From an uncultured Dehalococcoidales bacterium (GTDB lineage Bacteria > Chloroflexota > Dehalococcoidia > GIF9 > UBA5629), in NCBI GenBank assembly GCA_964509615.1, contig CAZDXZ010000001.1, forward strand, positions 1-52,640: a stretch of 52,640 nt of DNA, in the 5' to 3' direction. Shown here piece by piece: positions 16,008 through 24,789 of this stretch. The number at the start of each line of letters is the position of its first letter. Position 1 is the first letter of the stretch. The notes under the pieces were generated by a model. That model had not been told where the DNA came from, ran no database searches, and was given only the letters and a program-made list of their open reading frames with translations. A program made the position numbers and the translations under genes.

Positions 16008-17714
16008 ATGGATAAATACCCCTGGTTTAAGAATTATGATGAAGGTGTGCCTCGCACACTTGAGCCCTATCCCCCAACGACTATGATCGAGGTGGTCGAT
16101 GAATCGGCCCGAACCAAACCCTACAGGGCCATGTTCTATTTCAAGGGGCATAGGCTACTCTATTACGACTTTGTAAGGCAAAGCGATGCACTGGCCGCGG
16201 GCCTGGTTGCCCAGGGCATAAAGAAGGGGGACCGCGTGGCCCTGCTCCTTCCCAATTCGCCGCAGATGGTGCTGGCTTTTCAGGGCATCTGGAAGGCAGG
16301 CGCAATAGCCGTCCCTATCAACCCACTCTACACCGAACACGAGCTCAAGCATGCACTAATGGAGGTGGGCGCCTCGGCGGTGATAGTGCTGAATCCCTTC
16401 TACGCAGCCATCAAGAATATACAGTCCGGCACCGTGATCAGGACCGTTATTGCCACCAGCATCAAGGAATACCTGCCGGCGCACCTGGGCCTGCTTTTCA
16501 CACTGGCCAGGGAGAAGAAGGAGGGCTACCGCATATCTCTTCAGAAGGGTGACGTCTGGTTTCAGGAACTGCTGCGGCGGCACAGAAACGATCCCAGACC
16601 TGATATTCATGTCGGGCCGGAGGATGCAGCCGTGATACTTTTCAGCGGAGGTACCACCGGCACTCCCAAGGGCGCCGTCGGCACACACGGCGCCCTCATT
16701 ATGACCGCCATGCAGATCAATGCCTGGCTCGGCCCTGTGCTTGAGAAATGGGAGGACAAAGTGGCACTGACCATGCCGCTATTCCACGTTTTTGGATGTG
16801 CGGGTGCTCTGGGGACCGCCATGATAAACCGTTCGTCCTGCATCCTTATTCCCAACCCGCGAGATATCACCGACGTGGTCAAAAGCATCAGGCAGTACAA
16901 GCCGGCCTTCATGCCCGGCGTACCCACGTTTTACATCGGCATTATGAACCATCCCCTGGTGAAATCGGGCAGGATTAAGTTGTCGGGCATGAAAATTTGC
17001 ATCGTGGGCGCCGCCCCTCTGATGGCCGATACCAAGAAACAGTTTGAAAGCATGACGGGCGGAAGGCTGCTGGAAGGCTATGCCATGACGGAGACCATGC
17101 AGGCGGCGACGCTCAATCCTGTGATGGGTGTTAATAAAGAAGGCTCGGTGGGCATGCCTCTGCCCGACGTGATTATTAAGATCGTGGATGCCGAGACCGG
17201 CCGGGACAGCATGAAAGCCGGCGACCTTGGCGAGATATGTTTTAAGGCCCCGAACCTGATGACCGGCTACTGGAACAGGCCACAGGAAACAGCGGATATG
17301 CTGAGGGACGGCTGGCTGTATACCGGCGACATCGGTTATCTCGATAATGACGGGCACCTCTTCCTGCACAGCCGCAAGAAGGATATAATCAAGACCAGCG
17401 GTTTTCAAGTCTGGCCGCGCGAGGTAGAGGAGGTGTTGCATGAGCACCCGGCGGTTATGGAGGCCAGCGTAGCCGGCGTGCCCGATCAATACCAGGGCGA
17501 AGCGGTTAAGGCATGGGTAGTTTTGAATAGCGGGATGAAATGTTCGGCCGATGAGCTCAGGGAGCATTGCCGCTCCAAACTATCGGCTTACAAGGTGCCC
17601 CGGTACATAGAATTTAAAGATAATCTGCCTAAAACCCAGATTGGCAAGATTCTGAGGAGGGTTTTGATCGAGGAAGAGAAAGGCAAACAGGGAGGGGAGA
17701 CCGATAACACATAG
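16008..17714 (+). CDS. FadD-like AMP-dependent acyl-CoA ligase, array paralog 1
   Basis: Start trimmed to ATG 16008 (MDKYPWFKNYDEGVP), matching the N-termini of the paralogs. ILFSGGTTGTPKG; LPKTQIGKILRR. Confidence 0.88.
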   Translation: MDKYPWFKNYDEGVPRTLEPYPPTTMIEVVDESARTKPYRAMFYFKGHRLLYYDFVRQSDALAAGLVAQGIKKGDRVALLLPNSPQMVLAFQGIWKAGAIAVPINPLYTEHELKHALMEVGASAVIVLNPFYAAIKNIQSGTVIRTVIATSIKEYLPAHLGLLFTLAREKKEGYRISLQKGDVWFQELLRRHRNDPRPDIHVGPEDAAVILFSGGTTGTPKGAVGTHGALIMTAMQINAWLGPVLEKWEDKVALTMPLFHVFGCAGALGTAMINRSSCILIPNPRDITDVVKSIRQYKPAFMPGVPTFYIGIMNHPLVKSGRIKLSGMKICIVGAAPLMADTKKQFESMTGGRLLEGYAMTETMQAATLNPVMGVNKEGSVGMPLPDVIIKIVDAETGRDSMKAGDLGEICFKAPNLMTGYWNRPQETADMLRDGWLYTGDIGYLDNDGHLFLHSRKKDIIKTSGFQVWPREVEEVLHEHPAVMEASVAGVPDQYQGEAVKAWVVLNSGMKCSADELREHCRSKLSAYKVPRYIEFKDNLPKTQIGKILRRVLIEEEKGKQGGETDNT

Positions 17715-17750
17715 CTGCCACTGTAAAAATTATGAAGGGAGGTTGTATCG

Positions 17751-19451
17751 ATGACAGAATCATATCCCTGGTTTAAAAGTTATGATGCGGGGGTGCCGCA
17801 CACACTGGAACCTTATCCGCAGGTGACTTTTCTGGACGTGGTGGAAGACGCGGCAAAAAAAGGGCCCGATCACAGGTTCCTTATTTTCAAGGACAGGACT
17901 ATCAGCTACAGCGAACTGGTCCGGCTCTACTCGGTGTTTGCCGCGGCCCTCAAGGCCAACGGTGTGAAAAAGGGCGACCGAGTTGCCATATTGCTGCCCA
18001 ACTGCCCGCAGGGCTTTATCAGCTCGTTTGCAGCCTGGAAGGCCGGAGCAATACCTGTACCGCTCAATCCCATGTACACCGAGCACGAATTGCAGCACTG
18101 CCTCAAGGAGTGCGGCGCCGAGGTTGCCATCGTGCTGACGCCTTTTTACGCCACCGTTAAGAAGATCCAGCCCCAGACCAAGCTAAGATTGATCATAGCT
18201 ACCAATATCAAGGAATACCTCCCGCCTTTCCTGGCCACCATGTTCACGCTGCTCAAGGAGAAGAAGGAAGGGCACAGAATTGCTATCCAGGCGGGCGACC
18301 TGCGGATGGCAGAGCTCATGAGCAAGCATGCCGCCGACCCGGCGCCCGATAACAAGCCCGGCTCAGAAGATGTTGCGCTGCTGCTTTTCAGCGGAGGCAC
18401 GACGGGCGTTCCCAAGGGCGTCATTATAACGCATAAATGCCTGGTCGCAGAGGCCTGGCAGCTCAAGGTCTGGAATGACAGCGTCCTGACGGAATGGGAC
18501 GATGTGGTTATGATGATTATGCCGCTCTTCCACGTCTACGGCTTTGCGGGTGTGATGGGCACGTCCATCATGGGACACAATCCGCTGGCCGTTGTTCCCA
18601 ATCCGCGCGATCGAGATGATGTGGTAAAGACCATTAATAAAGTGAAACCGGCATATTTTCCGGCAGTCCCCACGATGTTCATTGCGTTGTTGGAGCACAA
18701 GCTGGTGAAGGCAGGGAAGGTAGATTTCAAATCCATGAAGCTATGCGTAGCATCGGCGGCGCCTTTGCTGCCTGAGACCAAGCGACGCTTTGAGGATTTG
18801 ACCGGCGGCAAGCTGATTGAGGGTTATGGTATGACGGAGGTGACCGCAGCCATCACACTTGGCCCGGTTGAGGGAAAATGGACGCCCGGATCGGCCGGCA
18901 TTCCTCTGCCTGATGTTATTCTACGTATCGTGGACGTTGAAACGGGGGAGAAAGACATGCCGCTGGGGACGGAGGGTGAGATCATCGCCAGGTGTCCTCA
19001 GGTGATGGTGGGCTACTGGAACAGGCCGGAGGCCACGGCGGAGATGATCCGCAACGGTTGGCTGTATACAGGAGATATCGGCTATCTCAACGATGAAGGT
19101 TGCCTCTTCATCACGTCGCGCAAAAAGGAATTGATCAAGCCGGGCGGCTTCCAGGTCTGGCCGCGCGAGGTTGAAGAGTGTATAAGCACCTATCCCAAGG
19201 TGGCGGAGGTGGGAGTGGCGGGGATTCCCGATGCGTACCAGGTCGAGGCCGTCAAAGCTTGGGTGGTGTTGCGCGAGGGAGAAACTGCTACGGTGGAGGA
19301 GATTCAAGCACACTGCCGTGAGAAACTGATAGCCTACAAGGTGCCCAAGCATATCGAATTCAGGACCGAATTGCCCAAGACAATGGTGGGCAAGATACTG
19401 AAACGTGTACTCGTTGAGGAGGAGATAGCCAGACAAAAAGCGGCGAAGTGA
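17751..19451 (+). CDS. FadD-like AMP-dependent acyl-CoA ligase, array paralog 2
   Basis: MTESYPWFKSYDAGVP; LLFSGGTTGVPKG; LPKTMVGKILKR. RBS GGGAGG. Confidence 0.9.
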   Translation: MTESYPWFKSYDAGVPHTLEPYPQVTFLDVVEDAAKKGPDHRFLIFKDRTISYSELVRLYSVFAAALKANGVKKGDRVAILLPNCPQGFISSFAAWKAGAIPVPLNPMYTEHELQHCLKECGAEVAIVLTPFYATVKKIQPQTKLRLIIATNIKEYLPPFLATMFTLLKEKKEGHRIAIQAGDLRMAELMSKHAADPAPDNKPGSEDVALLLFSGGTTGVPKGVIITHKCLVAEAWQLKVWNDSVLTEWDDVVMMIMPLFHVYGFAGVMGTSIMGHNPLAVVPNPRDRDDVVKTINKVKPAYFPAVPTMFIALLEHKLVKAGKVDFKSMKLCVASAAPLLPETKRRFEDLTGGKLIEGYGMTEVTAAITLGPVEGKWTPGSAGIPLPDVILRIVDVETGEKDMPLGTEGEIIARCPQVMVGYWNRPEATAEMIRNGWLYTGDIGYLNDEGCLFITSRKKELIKPGGFQVWPREVEECISTYPKVAEVGVAGIPDAYQVEAVKAWVVLREGETATVEEIQAHCREKLIAYKVPKHIEFRTELPKTMVGKILKRVLVEEEIARQKAAK

Positions 19452-19515
19452 TGATCCGAAAAGGTAATTAGGCGTTTGGCGCTTAATCATAATAACAAAT
19501 CAAAGGAGGCTTATC

Positions 19516-21207
19516 TTGTCCGACAAAAGATGGTTAAAAAACTATGACAAAGGGGTTCCCGCTTCGCTGGAACCCTATCCGCAGAAGACGCTTGTCGACT
19601 ATGTGGATGATGCGGTTAAAGAGCATCCCGATTACCCCATGGTGCTGTTTAAGAAGAGGAAGATGTCATATGCCGAGATCCAGAAGCTTAGCGACGAGTT
19701 CGCGGCTGTCCTGGTGGCCAAAGGCGTTAAAAAGGGAGACCGCGTTGCCCTGATCATGCCCAATTGCCCCCAGGCCATCATCTGCCGCTGGGGCGCATGG
19801 AAAGCCGGCGCCATCCTGGTACACATGAATCCCATGTACACCGAGTCCGAGCTCGAGCATGCCCTCAAGGACTGCGGCGCTGAGACTGTGGTAGTGCTGA
19901 CATTGTTCTACAATACGGTCAAGAAGCTGCAGCCGAGGACCAAATTGAAGCTGGTCATAGCTACAAGCATTAAGGACTACCTTCCCCCGGTGCTCAAGGT
20001 GCTTTTCACCCTGGCCAAGGAGAAGAAGGAAGGACATCGCATCGCCCTGCAATCCGGCGATTTCTGGCTGGCCGAGCTGATTAAGTCCCAGGCCGGAGCG
20101 AAACGGCCTGATGTGAAAGTGCTCCCCAGTGACGATGCCCTGATACTTTTCTCCGGCGGCACGACCGGCACGCCCAAGGGCGTGGTGGGAACGCATCATT
20201 CCCAGGTTATCACGGGACTGCAGTTCAGCTCCTGGTTCGGTGAGATAGTCGAGCCTTACAAGGACGTGATGATGCTGGTGCTGCCGCTTTTCCACTCATT
20301 CGCCACATATGCCGTAATGAGCACGGCAATCGTCGGGCATGCCGCGATGTCGCTGGTGCCCAACCCGCGCGACCGCGACGACGTGGTTGCCACCATCAAC
20401 CACGATAAGCCGTCGTTCTTCCCCGCCGTACCCGCCATGTTCATCGGACTGCTGGAGCATCCGGCGGTCAAGGCGGGCAAGGTGGACTTCAGCTCGATGA
20501 AATGCTGCAACTCGGGCGCGGCCCCGCTGCTGTATGAGACAAAGAAACGCTTTGAAGACCTGACCGGTGGGCGCATCGTGGAAGGATACGGCCTGACCGA
20601 GTCTACCATGGCCTGCTGCTGCACTCCTTTCCGCGGAACATGGAAGCAGGGCTCCGTGGGCATGCCGCTCCCGGACGTTATAATCAGGATCGGCGATATC
20701 GAGACCGGCGAGGGCGACATGCCTGCCGGCAAGGAGGGGGAGATCGTCTTCAACGCTCCGCAGTTGATGGTCGGGTACTGGAACAGGCCCGAGGAGACCA
20801 AGGAGATGCTGCGTAATGGCTGGCTGTATACGGGCGATGTCGGTTATATGGATGATGACGGTTACGTTTTCATCACGTCGCGCAAAAAGGACCTGATTAA
20901 GCCCAGCGGATTCCAAGTATGGCCGAGGGAAGTTGAAGAGGTCATCAGCAGCCATCCGGCGGTGGCCGAGGTCAGCGTCGCCGGCATTCCCGATGCCAAG
21001 CAGGGCGAAGCTGTAAAAGCCTGGGTGGTGCTGGAAGCCGGCAAGACGGCTACGGTGGAGGAGATAAAGGCCTGGTGCAAGGAGAAGCTGGTCGCCTACA
21101 AGATACCCAAGTTCGTGGAGTTCCGCAGCGACCTGCCCAAGACAATGGTGGGCAAGGTGCTGCGAAGGGTCCTTCAGGAGGAAGAAGCGGCCAAAAGCAA
21201 GAAGTAA
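19516..21207 (+). CDS. FadD-like AMP-dependent acyl-CoA ligase, array paralog 3
   Basis: TTG start after AAGGAGG. ILFSGGTTGTPKG; LPKTMVGKVLRR. Confidence 0.9.
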   Translation: MSDKRWLKNYDKGVPASLEPYPQKTLVDYVDDAVKEHPDYPMVLFKKRKMSYAEIQKLSDEFAAVLVAKGVKKGDRVALIMPNCPQAIICRWGAWKAGAILVHMNPMYTESELEHALKDCGAETVVVLTLFYNTVKKLQPRTKLKLVIATSIKDYLPPVLKVLFTLAKEKKEGHRIALQSGDFWLAELIKSQAGAKRPDVKVLPSDDALILFSGGTTGTPKGVVGTHHSQVITGLQFSSWFGEIVEPYKDVMMLVLPLFHSFATYAVMSTAIVGHAAMSLVPNPRDRDDVVATINHDKPSFFPAVPAMFIGLLEHPAVKAGKVDFSSMKCCNSGAAPLLYETKKRFEDLTGGRIVEGYGLTESTMACCCTPFRGTWKQGSVGMPLPDVIIRIGDIETGEGDMPAGKEGEIVFNAPQLMVGYWNRPEETKEMLRNGWLYTGDVGYMDDDGYVFITSRKKDLIKPSGFQVWPREVEEVISSHPAVAEVSVAGIPDAKQGEAVKAWVVLEAGKTATVEEIKAWCKEKLVAYKIPKFVEFRSDLPKTMVGKVLRRVLQEEEAAKSKK

Positions 21208-21220
21208 TTACGTGAGTAAG

Positions 21221-21250
21221 GCTGTCCCCGGCCTGAGGGCCGGGGACAGC
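21221..21250 (+). other. GC-rich perfect hairpin between paralogs 3 and 4 (no T-tract)
   Basis: GCTGTCCCCGGCC-tgag-GGCCGGGGACAGC, 13-bp stem, followed by ttgaaaat. Confidence 0.6.
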
Positions 21251-21297
21251 TTGAAAATACAGTCACGGCATAAAATATAAAATTTGGAGGTTGTTGC

Positions 21298-22986
21298 ATG
21301 GCAGAGTATCGCTGGTTAAAGAATTACGATCCCGGTGTCCCGAAAACACTTGAACCCTATCCTCAGAAGACGCTCCTTGACTATACGGATGAGGCTGTCA
21401 AAGAGCACCCCGACTATCCCATGGTGCTGTTTAAGAAGAGGAAAATGTCTTATGCTGAGATCCAGAAACTGAGCGACGAGTTTGCCGCGGCCCTGGCGGC
21501 TAACGGTGTTAAAAAGGGAGACCGCGTGGCACTGATCATGCCTAACTGTCCGCAGGCCATCATCTGCCGCTGGGGGGCATGGAAGGTCGGCGCCATACTG
21601 GTACATTTAAATCCGATGTACACCGAAAGCGAGCTGGAACATGCTCTCAAGGATTGTGGGGCTGAGACTGCAGTAGTGCTGACCATGTTCTACAAGAATT
21701 TTAAGAAGATACAGCCGCGCACAAACGTGAAACTGGTAATCGCCACCAGCATCAAGGACTACCTTCCGCCCGTGCTCAACGTGCTCTTCACCCTTCTTAA
21801 GGAGAAGAAAGAGGGGCACTATGTTGAACTGGAGAAGGGAGATGTGTGGCTGGTTGACCTGATCAAGCAGTACGCCGGCGCCAAGAGGCCGGATGTAAAA
21901 GTGACGCCTCAGGATTACGCCCTCATACTATTCAGTGGCGGCACAACCGGCACGCCCAAGGGCGTGATAGGCAATCATCATTCGATGGTGATAACCGCCC
22001 TGCAGTATTTAGCATGGTTCGGCGGCCAGATCGAAAGCTATAAAGATATCATCATGGCCAGCCTGCCGCTTTTTCATGTGTACAGCACCTATGGTGTCAT
22101 GAGCACTGCAGTAGTATGCCACGTAGCGATGTCACTGGTGCCCAATCCGCGCGACCGGGAAGACCTGATTGCCACTATTCAACACGATAGGCCGACTTTC
22201 TTCCCTGCAGTTCCGGCACTGTACATCTCATTGCTGGCGCATCCCAAGGTCATAGCCGGTAAAGTGGATTTCAAATCGATGAAGTTCTGCGTTTCGGGCG
22301 CCGCTCCGCTGCTGTCCGAAACCAAGAAGCAGTTTGAGGGACTGACCGGCGGTCGCATAGTCGAAGGCTACGCTATGACCGAGGCCACCATGGCGTCCTG
22401 CGTTACCCCCTATCTGGGCAAGTGGAAGGAGGGGTCCACCGGTATGCCATTGCCCGATGTGATCGTCAGGATCGGCGATCTGGAGACCGGTGAGGGCGAT
22501 CTGCCCGCCGGCACAGAAGGCGAAATCGTTATCAAAGCGCCGCAGCTCATGGTGGGATACTGGAACAGGCCGGAAGAGACCAAAGAGATGCTGCGGGACG
22601 GCTGGCTGTACACCGGCGATATCGGGTATGTGGATGATGACGGATACCTGTTCATCACCTCGCGCAAGAAGGACCTGATCAAACCCAGCGGCTTCCAGGT
22701 GTGGCCACGCGAGGTAGAGGAAGTTATTAGCACCAATCCAAATGTGGCGGAGGTCTGCGTGGCCGGTGTGCCGGATGCCAAGCAGGGGGAGGCGGTTAAA
22801 GCCTGGGTGGTGTTGCAGACCGGCAAGACCGCTACAGCGGAGGAGATACAGGCCTGGTGCAGGGACAAGCTGGTAGCCTATAAGATCCCCAAATTTGTTG
22901 AGTTCCGAACCGAATTGCCCAAGACAATGGTGGGCAAGGTGCTGAGAAGGGTTCTGGTGGAGGAGGAGAAAGCCAAAGCCAAATAG
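21298..22986 (+). CDS. FadD-like AMP-dependent acyl-CoA ligase, array paralog 4 (closest relative of paralog 3)
   Basis: MAEYRWLKNYDPGVP; ILFSGGTTGTPKG; LPKTMVGKVLRR. RBS TGGAGG. Confidence 0.9.
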   Translation: MAEYRWLKNYDPGVPKTLEPYPQKTLLDYTDEAVKEHPDYPMVLFKKRKMSYAEIQKLSDEFAAALAANGVKKGDRVALIMPNCPQAIICRWGAWKVGAILVHLNPMYTESELEHALKDCGAETAVVLTMFYKNFKKIQPRTNVKLVIATSIKDYLPPVLNVLFTLLKEKKEGHYVELEKGDVWLVDLIKQYAGAKRPDVKVTPQDYALILFSGGTTGTPKGVIGNHHSMVITALQYLAWFGGQIESYKDIIMASLPLFHVYSTYGVMSTAVVCHVAMSLVPNPRDREDLIATIQHDRPTFFPAVPALYISLLAHPKVIAGKVDFKSMKFCVSGAAPLLSETKKQFEGLTGGRIVEGYAMTEATMASCVTPYLGKWKEGSTGMPLPDVIVRIGDLETGEGDLPAGTEGEIVIKAPQLMVGYWNRPEETKEMLRDGWLYTGDIGYVDDDGYLFITSRKKDLIKPSGFQVWPREVEEVISTNPNVAEVCVAGVPDAKQGEAVKAWVVLQTGKTATAEEIQAWCRDKLVAYKIPKFVEFRTELPKTMVGKVLRRVLVEEEKAKAK

Positions 22987-23013
22987 AGGATCATTCTTAC
23001 TCAAAATAATAGA

Positions 23014-23043
23014 GACCGGTCCCGGCACGTGCCGGGACCGGTC
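23014..23043. other. 30-nt perfect palindrome 13 nt upstream of the paralog 5 start
   Basis: GACCGGTCCCGGCACGTGCCGGGACCGGTC. No T-tract follows it. It contains the self-complementary octamer GACCGGTC at both ends. Confidence 0.6.
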
Positions 23044-23056
23044 AGAAGGATGCGAA

Positions 23057-24700
23057 TTGACTGAATATCTGTGGTACAAAAGCTATGATGCGGGTGTCCC
23101 CCGCTCTCTTGAGCCATACCCCCGCAAGACCATTATGGATGTCCTGCTGGAAGCCAGAAACGAGCGTCCTGATTATCCCATGATCATCTTTCAGGACAGG
23201 AAGCTCAGCTACAGAGAAATAGTCAATGAAAGCGATGCGATGGCAGCGGCGCTGGCTTCCATGGGTGTGAAAAAGGGTGACCGCATAGCTGTACTTTTCC
23301 TGAACTGTCCGCAGGAGTACATTATCTTCTTCGCGGCGTGGAAGCTGGGCGCTATCGTAGTTCCTCTAAACCCGCTGTATACCGAGTTCGAGCTGGAAGC
23401 GAGGTTGAATGATATCGATGCCCAAACAGCCGTGGTGCTCAATCTCTGGTATCCTATGGTCAAAAGATTGCAGAAAAAAACCAGTGTTCGCAATGTCATG
23501 CTGGCCGAGTTCGACGATTACACGGCGCAGAATAAGGAGAAGGCGGCGACCGCTATTGAGCCCGGCGACAACTGGTGGCTCGATCTCACCAGGAAATACG
23601 CGGGGAAACCGGTCCCCAGGGTGGAAGTCGGGCCGGACGATACGGCCCTGATCCTGTTCTCTGGAGGTACCACCGGCACGCCCAAGGGCGTTATGGAGAG
23701 CCACAAGTCCCTGGTCATCACAGGCATGCAGGTAGAAGCCTGGTTCCGCGAGATTTCACTCTGGTGGGACGAGAAATTCCTGGTGCCGCTTCCTCTTTTC
23801 CACGCCTTCGGCATCTATGCCAGCTTCGGCATGGCGCTGGTCCAGCACAATATATCGGTGCTCATCGCCAACCCGCGCGACATCAAGGGCATGATCGATA
23901 CCATCAGGAACCAGGGCATAACCAATATGGGCGCCGCTCCCACCATGTTCATCTCGATGCTGGAATATCCCGAGCTAAAAATGGGCGACCTCAAGACCAT
24001 ACGCATGGCTACGTCCGGCGCGGCGCCGCTGATGCGTGAGACCAAGGACCAGTTTGAAAAGCATATCAGCGGCCGTTTGACGGAGGGATATGCGCTGACC
24101 GAGAGCGGCATGGCCATGCTCACCACGCCTGCCAAAGGCAAGTGGAAGGAGGGTTCGATCGGCCTGCCCCTGCCCGATACCATTGTACGCATCGTGGATA
24201 TAGAAAGCGGGAATTCAGACATGCCGGTCGGCCAGCCGGGAGAGATCATCATCAAGGCGCCGCAGTTGATGCAGGGCTACTGGAAACGTCCGGAAGAGAC
24301 CAGAGAGATCCTGCGGGACGGCTGGCTCTATACGGGCGATATCGGTTACATGGACGAGGATGGATATATCTTTCTGACCTCACGCAAGAAGGACCTGATA
24401 AAATGCGGAGGGTTCCAGGTCTGGCCGCGCGAGGTTGAAGAGATACTGCAGGAGCACCCGGCCGTGGCTGAAGTCTGCGTGGGAGGTATACCCGATCCCA
24501 GGCAGATGGAGGCAGTCAAGGCCTGGATAGTGCTGAAAGAGGGAAAAAGCGTCACGGCGGAGGAGCTGCAAAAATATTGCCGTGAGAAGCTCACAGGCTA
24601 CAAAGTGCCGAAGCATTTCGAGTTTCGCAAGGATTTGCCCAAGACGTTTGTGGGCAAGGTACTGCGCCGTGTATTACAGGATGAGGAGAAAAACAAGTAG
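23057..24700 (+). CDS. FadD-like AMP-dependent acyl-CoA ligase, array paralog 5 (shortest, 547 aa)
   Basis: TTG start (MTEYLWYKSYDAGVP); ILFSGGTTGTPKG; LPKTFVGKVLRR. Confidence 0.88.
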   Translation: MTEYLWYKSYDAGVPRSLEPYPRKTIMDVLLEARNERPDYPMIIFQDRKLSYREIVNESDAMAAALASMGVKKGDRIAVLFLNCPQEYIIFFAAWKLGAIVVPLNPLYTEFELEARLNDIDAQTAVVLNLWYPMVKRLQKKTSVRNVMLAEFDDYTAQNKEKAATAIEPGDNWWLDLTRKYAGKPVPRVEVGPDDTALILFSGGTTGTPKGVMESHKSLVITGMQVEAWFREISLWWDEKFLVPLPLFHAFGIYASFGMALVQHNISVLIANPRDIKGMIDTIRNQGITNMGAAPTMFISMLEYPELKMGDLKTIRMATSGAAPLMRETKDQFEKHISGRLTEGYALTESGMAMLTTPAKGKWKEGSIGLPLPDTIVRIVDIESGNSDMPVGQPGEIIIKAPQLMQGYWKRPEETREILRDGWLYTGDIGYMDEDGYIFLTSRKKDLIKCGGFQVWPREVEEILQEHPAVAEVCVGGIPDPRQMEAVKAWIVLKEGKSVTAEELQKYCREKLTGYKVPKHFEFRKDLPKTFVGKVLRRVLQDEEKNK

Positions 24701-24717
24701 CGGCTGAGAATGAGAGG

Positions 24718-24753
24718 CGCCCGGTTAATTGAATTCGGTTAGCCGGGCGTTTT
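24718..24753 (+). terminator. hairpin with T-tract after paralog 5
   Basis: CGCCCGG (24718..24724) pairs with CCGGGCG (24743..24749) and is followed by TTTT. Confidence 0.45.
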
Positions 24754-24789
24754 AAAATAGGCAGTAATTATTGTTTGAGGAGGTTTAAA

